A DNA stretch of 64,000 nucleotides from an uncultured Verrucomicrobiae bacterium (GTDB lineage: Bacteria > Verrucomicrobiota > Verrucomicrobiia > Chthoniobacterales > JAFAMB01). Location of the stretch: contig CAVZKG010000001.1 in assembly GCA_963775805.1 (NCBI GenBank), positions 104,180 through 168,179 on the forward strand, read 5' to 3'. This document shows, one piece after another, positions 61,649 through 64,000 of this stretch (positions are counted from its first letter, which is position 1; each line of letters begins with the position of its first letter). Under the pieces are notes generated by a model. It made no database searches, was not told the origin of the DNA, and saw nothing but the letters and a program-made list of their open reading frames with translations. The position numbers and the translations under genes are program-made.

Positions 61649-64000
61649 ATGATCCGAGATAAAGTCATTCGTAACTTTGACGCGGGGGATGGCAAAGAGG
61701 GAACTTATTATTCGATTCCGGCTCTGGAAGAGCTCGGCGTTGGAAAGGTCTGCCGGTTGCCGGTTAGCATCCGGATTGTGCTGGAATCGGTGCTTCGCAA
61801 CTGTGACGGCAAAAAGGTGGCTGAAAAGGATGTTGCCGCGTTAGCAAACTGGAATGCGAAAGATCCAGCCAAAGAAGAGATCCCTTTTGTCGTAGCGCGA
61901 ATCGTTCTTCAGGATTTTACCGGAGTGCCGTTATTGGTCGATTTAGCGGCGATGCGGGCTGCGGTGGCACACCTGAATCGCGATCCCAAAATGATAGAGC
62001 CGTTGGTACCGGTTGATCTGGTAGTGGATCACTCTGTGCAGGTCGATTTCGCCGGATCGCCTGAAGCGCTCGGTCTGAATCTCGACATGGAGTTTAAGCG
62101 TAACCGCGAGCGGTACGAATTTTTGAAGTGGGGTCAGCAGGCATTCAAAACGTTTGGCGTTGTCCCGCCGGGGATTGGGATCGTGCACCAGGTGAACCTT
62201 GAATATCTGGCGAAAGGGGTCCTAAGCTCAAAAGGGAGTGATAAAGAAATCTTCTATCCGGACACACTAGTGGGAACCGATTCGCACACAACGATGATCA
62301 ATGGCCTTGGGATTGTTGGGTGGGGTGTTGGTGGAATCGAGGCGGAGGCGGGAATGCTAGGACAACCGGTTTATTTTCTGACGCCCGAAGTTGTCGGTGT
62401 CCACATGACCGGGCGCCTTAGGGAAGGCGTGACAGCCACTGACCTGGCGCTCCACGTCACTCAGTTACTGCGAGCAAGTAAGGTTGTCGGCAAGTTTGTC
62501 GAGTTTTACGGGGAAGGAGCGGCTTCGCTCCCTTTATTTGACCGCGCGACCATCGGCAATATGGCCCCGGAATACGGTGCAACGATGGGATTTTTCCCTG
62601 TCGACAATGAATCGGTCAATTATCTACGGATGACGGGGCGCTCCGAAGAAGCTTGCGAACGCTTTAAGAATTATTTTGAGGCGCAACGGTTGTTCGGGAT
62701 GCCTCGAAAGGGTGATATCGATTATAGCGTCGATATCGAACTGGAATTATCGACCGTGCAGCCGAGTGTTGCCGGACCGAAGCGCCCACAAGACCGGATT
62801 AACCTCGCGGAAATCGGCGAAAATTTTCATGGTTTGTTCATTAAGCCGCTAAAAGAGGGTGGGTACGGAAAGAGCGAAGATCTCTTATCGCGACGAACGA
62901 CGGTTTCGGTGAACGGATCGACACCTGCAACCAATCCTGCGAAATCGGGCGAAGTCGGACACGGCAGCGTTTTGATTGCTGCAATTACGAGCTGTACCAA
63001 TACAAGCAACCCGAGTGTGATGTTAGGCGCCGGATTGCTTGCTAAGAAAGCGGTCGAAAAGGGATTAAAAGTTAATCCGACGGTCAAAACGTCGATGGCA
63101 CCCGGGTCGCGAGTTGTGACCGACTATTTGGCGAAGACCGGCCTTCAACCGTATCTCGACCAACTCGGATTCAATATTGTTGGATATGGATGCACGACAT
63201 GCATTGGGAATTCGGGGCCGCTGCATCCGAACATTGAACAGGCAATAACGGACAACGATTTTGTTGCGGCAGCGGTCCTTTCAGGTAACCGGAATTTCGA
63301 AGCGCGCATTCATCAAAACATCAAGGCGAACTTCCTGATGTCTCCTCCATTGGTCGTGGCGTTCGCATTGGCGGGGCGGGTCAATATCGACTTGGCGCAC
63401 GAACCGATTGGTGTAGACCAGACGGGGAAACCGGTTTTTCTGAAAGATCTTTGGCCGACCTTGGAAGAGATCCACGCCGCAATGGCATCTGCATTGAAAC
63501 CGGAGGTATTTCGTCAGCTCTATGCCGATTTCGCAGGGCAGAATCCAAAATGGAATGAGATAGTTTCTCCCGCGGGCGACCTATACGCTTGGGATGCCAA
63601 GAGTGATTATATTCAGGAACCTCCATTTTTCGAAAACTTCTCGATGGAACCAGGCGAAATCGTTGAGATTCTCGATGCCCGGCCTTTGGGCATATTTGGG
63701 GACTCGGTGACGACAGATCACATATCGCCTGCAGGAGCGATCAAAAAGACATCTCCGGCTGGTAAATATCTGGTTGAGCGCGGCGTGGAGCCGATTGATT
63801 TCAACAGCTATGGGAGCCGACGGGGGAACGACAGAGTGATGACGCGCGGCACGTTTGCAAACGTGCGAATCAAGAATCTGATGGTTCCTGGGGTTGAAGG
63901 GGGTGTAACCATCCACCACCCGAGCGGCGAACAGATGTCGATTTTCGATGCATCGGCGCGTTACCAATCGGAGGGGACGCCGCTTGTTGTGATTGCTGGA
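61649..64000 (+). CDS. acnA: Aconitate hydratase A, 3' end beyond window
   Basis: Not in the ORF track (open at the edge). Manual translation: [77 protein letters not shown]. Confidence 0.96.
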   Translation, partial: MIRDKVIRNFDAGDGKEGTYYSIPALEELGVGKVCRLPVSIRIVLESVLRNCDGKKVAEKDVAALANWNAKDPAKEEIPFVVARIVLQDFTGVPLLVDLAAMRAAVAHLNRDPKMIEPLVPVDLVVDHSVQVDFAGSPEALGLNLDMEFKRNRERYEFLKWGQQAFKTFGVVPPGIGIVHQVNLEYLAKGVLSSKGSDKEIFYPDTLVGTDSHTTMINGLGIVGWGVGGIEAEAGMLGQPVYFLTPEVVGVHMTGRLREGVTATDLALHVTQLLRASKVVGKFVEFYGEGAASLPLFDRATIGNMAPEYGATMGFFPVDNESVNYLRMTGRSEEACERFKNYFEAQRLFGMPRKGDIDYSVDIELELSTVQPSVAGPKRPQDRINLAEIGENFHGLFIKPLKEGGYGKSEDLLSRRTTVSVNGSTPATNPAKSGEVGHGSVLIAAITSCTNTSNPSVMLGAGLLAKKAVEKGLKVNPTVKTSMAPGSRVVTDYLAKTGLQPYLDQLGFNIVGYGCTTCIGNSGPLHPNIEQAITDNDFVAAAVLSGNRNFEARIHQNIKANFLMSPPLVVAFALAGRVNIDLAHEPIGVDQTGKPVFLKDLWPTLEEIHAAMASALKPEVFRQLYADFAGQNPKWNEIVSPAGDLYAWDAKSDYIQEPPFFENFSMEPGEIVEILDARPLGIFGDSVTTDHISPAGAIKKTSPAGKYLVERGVEPIDFNSYGSRRGNDRVMTRGTFANVRIKNLMVPGVEGGVTIHHPSGEQMSIFDASARYQSEGTPLVVIAG

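Overview
Bacterial chromosomal window of moderately high GC (estimated by eye). The gene families and intergenic repeats suggest a Verrucomicrobiota/PVC-like soil bacterium, but this is inference and was not tested. 1-16027 (- strand) is a surface-polysaccharide locus: wzc-like autokinase, wcaJ-like initiating transferase, RfaH-like NusG paralog preceded by an ops-like element, PhyH-family dioxygenase, wzm/wzt ABC exporter, two methyltransferases, five glycosyltransferases, and a Wzy-like polymerase cut by the window edge. The rest is metabolic and transport DNA: YjgC-type formate dehydrogenase plus DUF1641 partner, fumC, ThrE exporter, SDR, panE, a lipoprotein hydrolase, a partly decayed sugar ABC cluster, an RND pump, sigma54-type dctA, and ilvA. 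It continues with an SGNH hydrolase, a ~203-bp tandem hairpin array, cfa, a fructose-type frcRBCA/fructokinase locus, an MFS transporter, a putative nucleoid-associated protein, a GH144-like glucanase, a Tat metallophosphoesterase, peroxiredoxin and acnA (cut by the edge). Most notable observations: (1) a variant ops element directly upstream of an in-cluster RfaH-like gene, with a possible matching change in the protein; (2) an unannotated Ile-rich leader peptide with terminator/antiterminator before ilvA; (3) the structured ~203-bp tandem array and strand-biased heptamer arrays; (4) a candidate H-NS/Rok-like protein; (5) several gene remnants, including an in-frame chimeric ORF. No tRNA, rRNA, CRISPR array or transposase was recognised. 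All calls are by motif recognition; no database searches were run.
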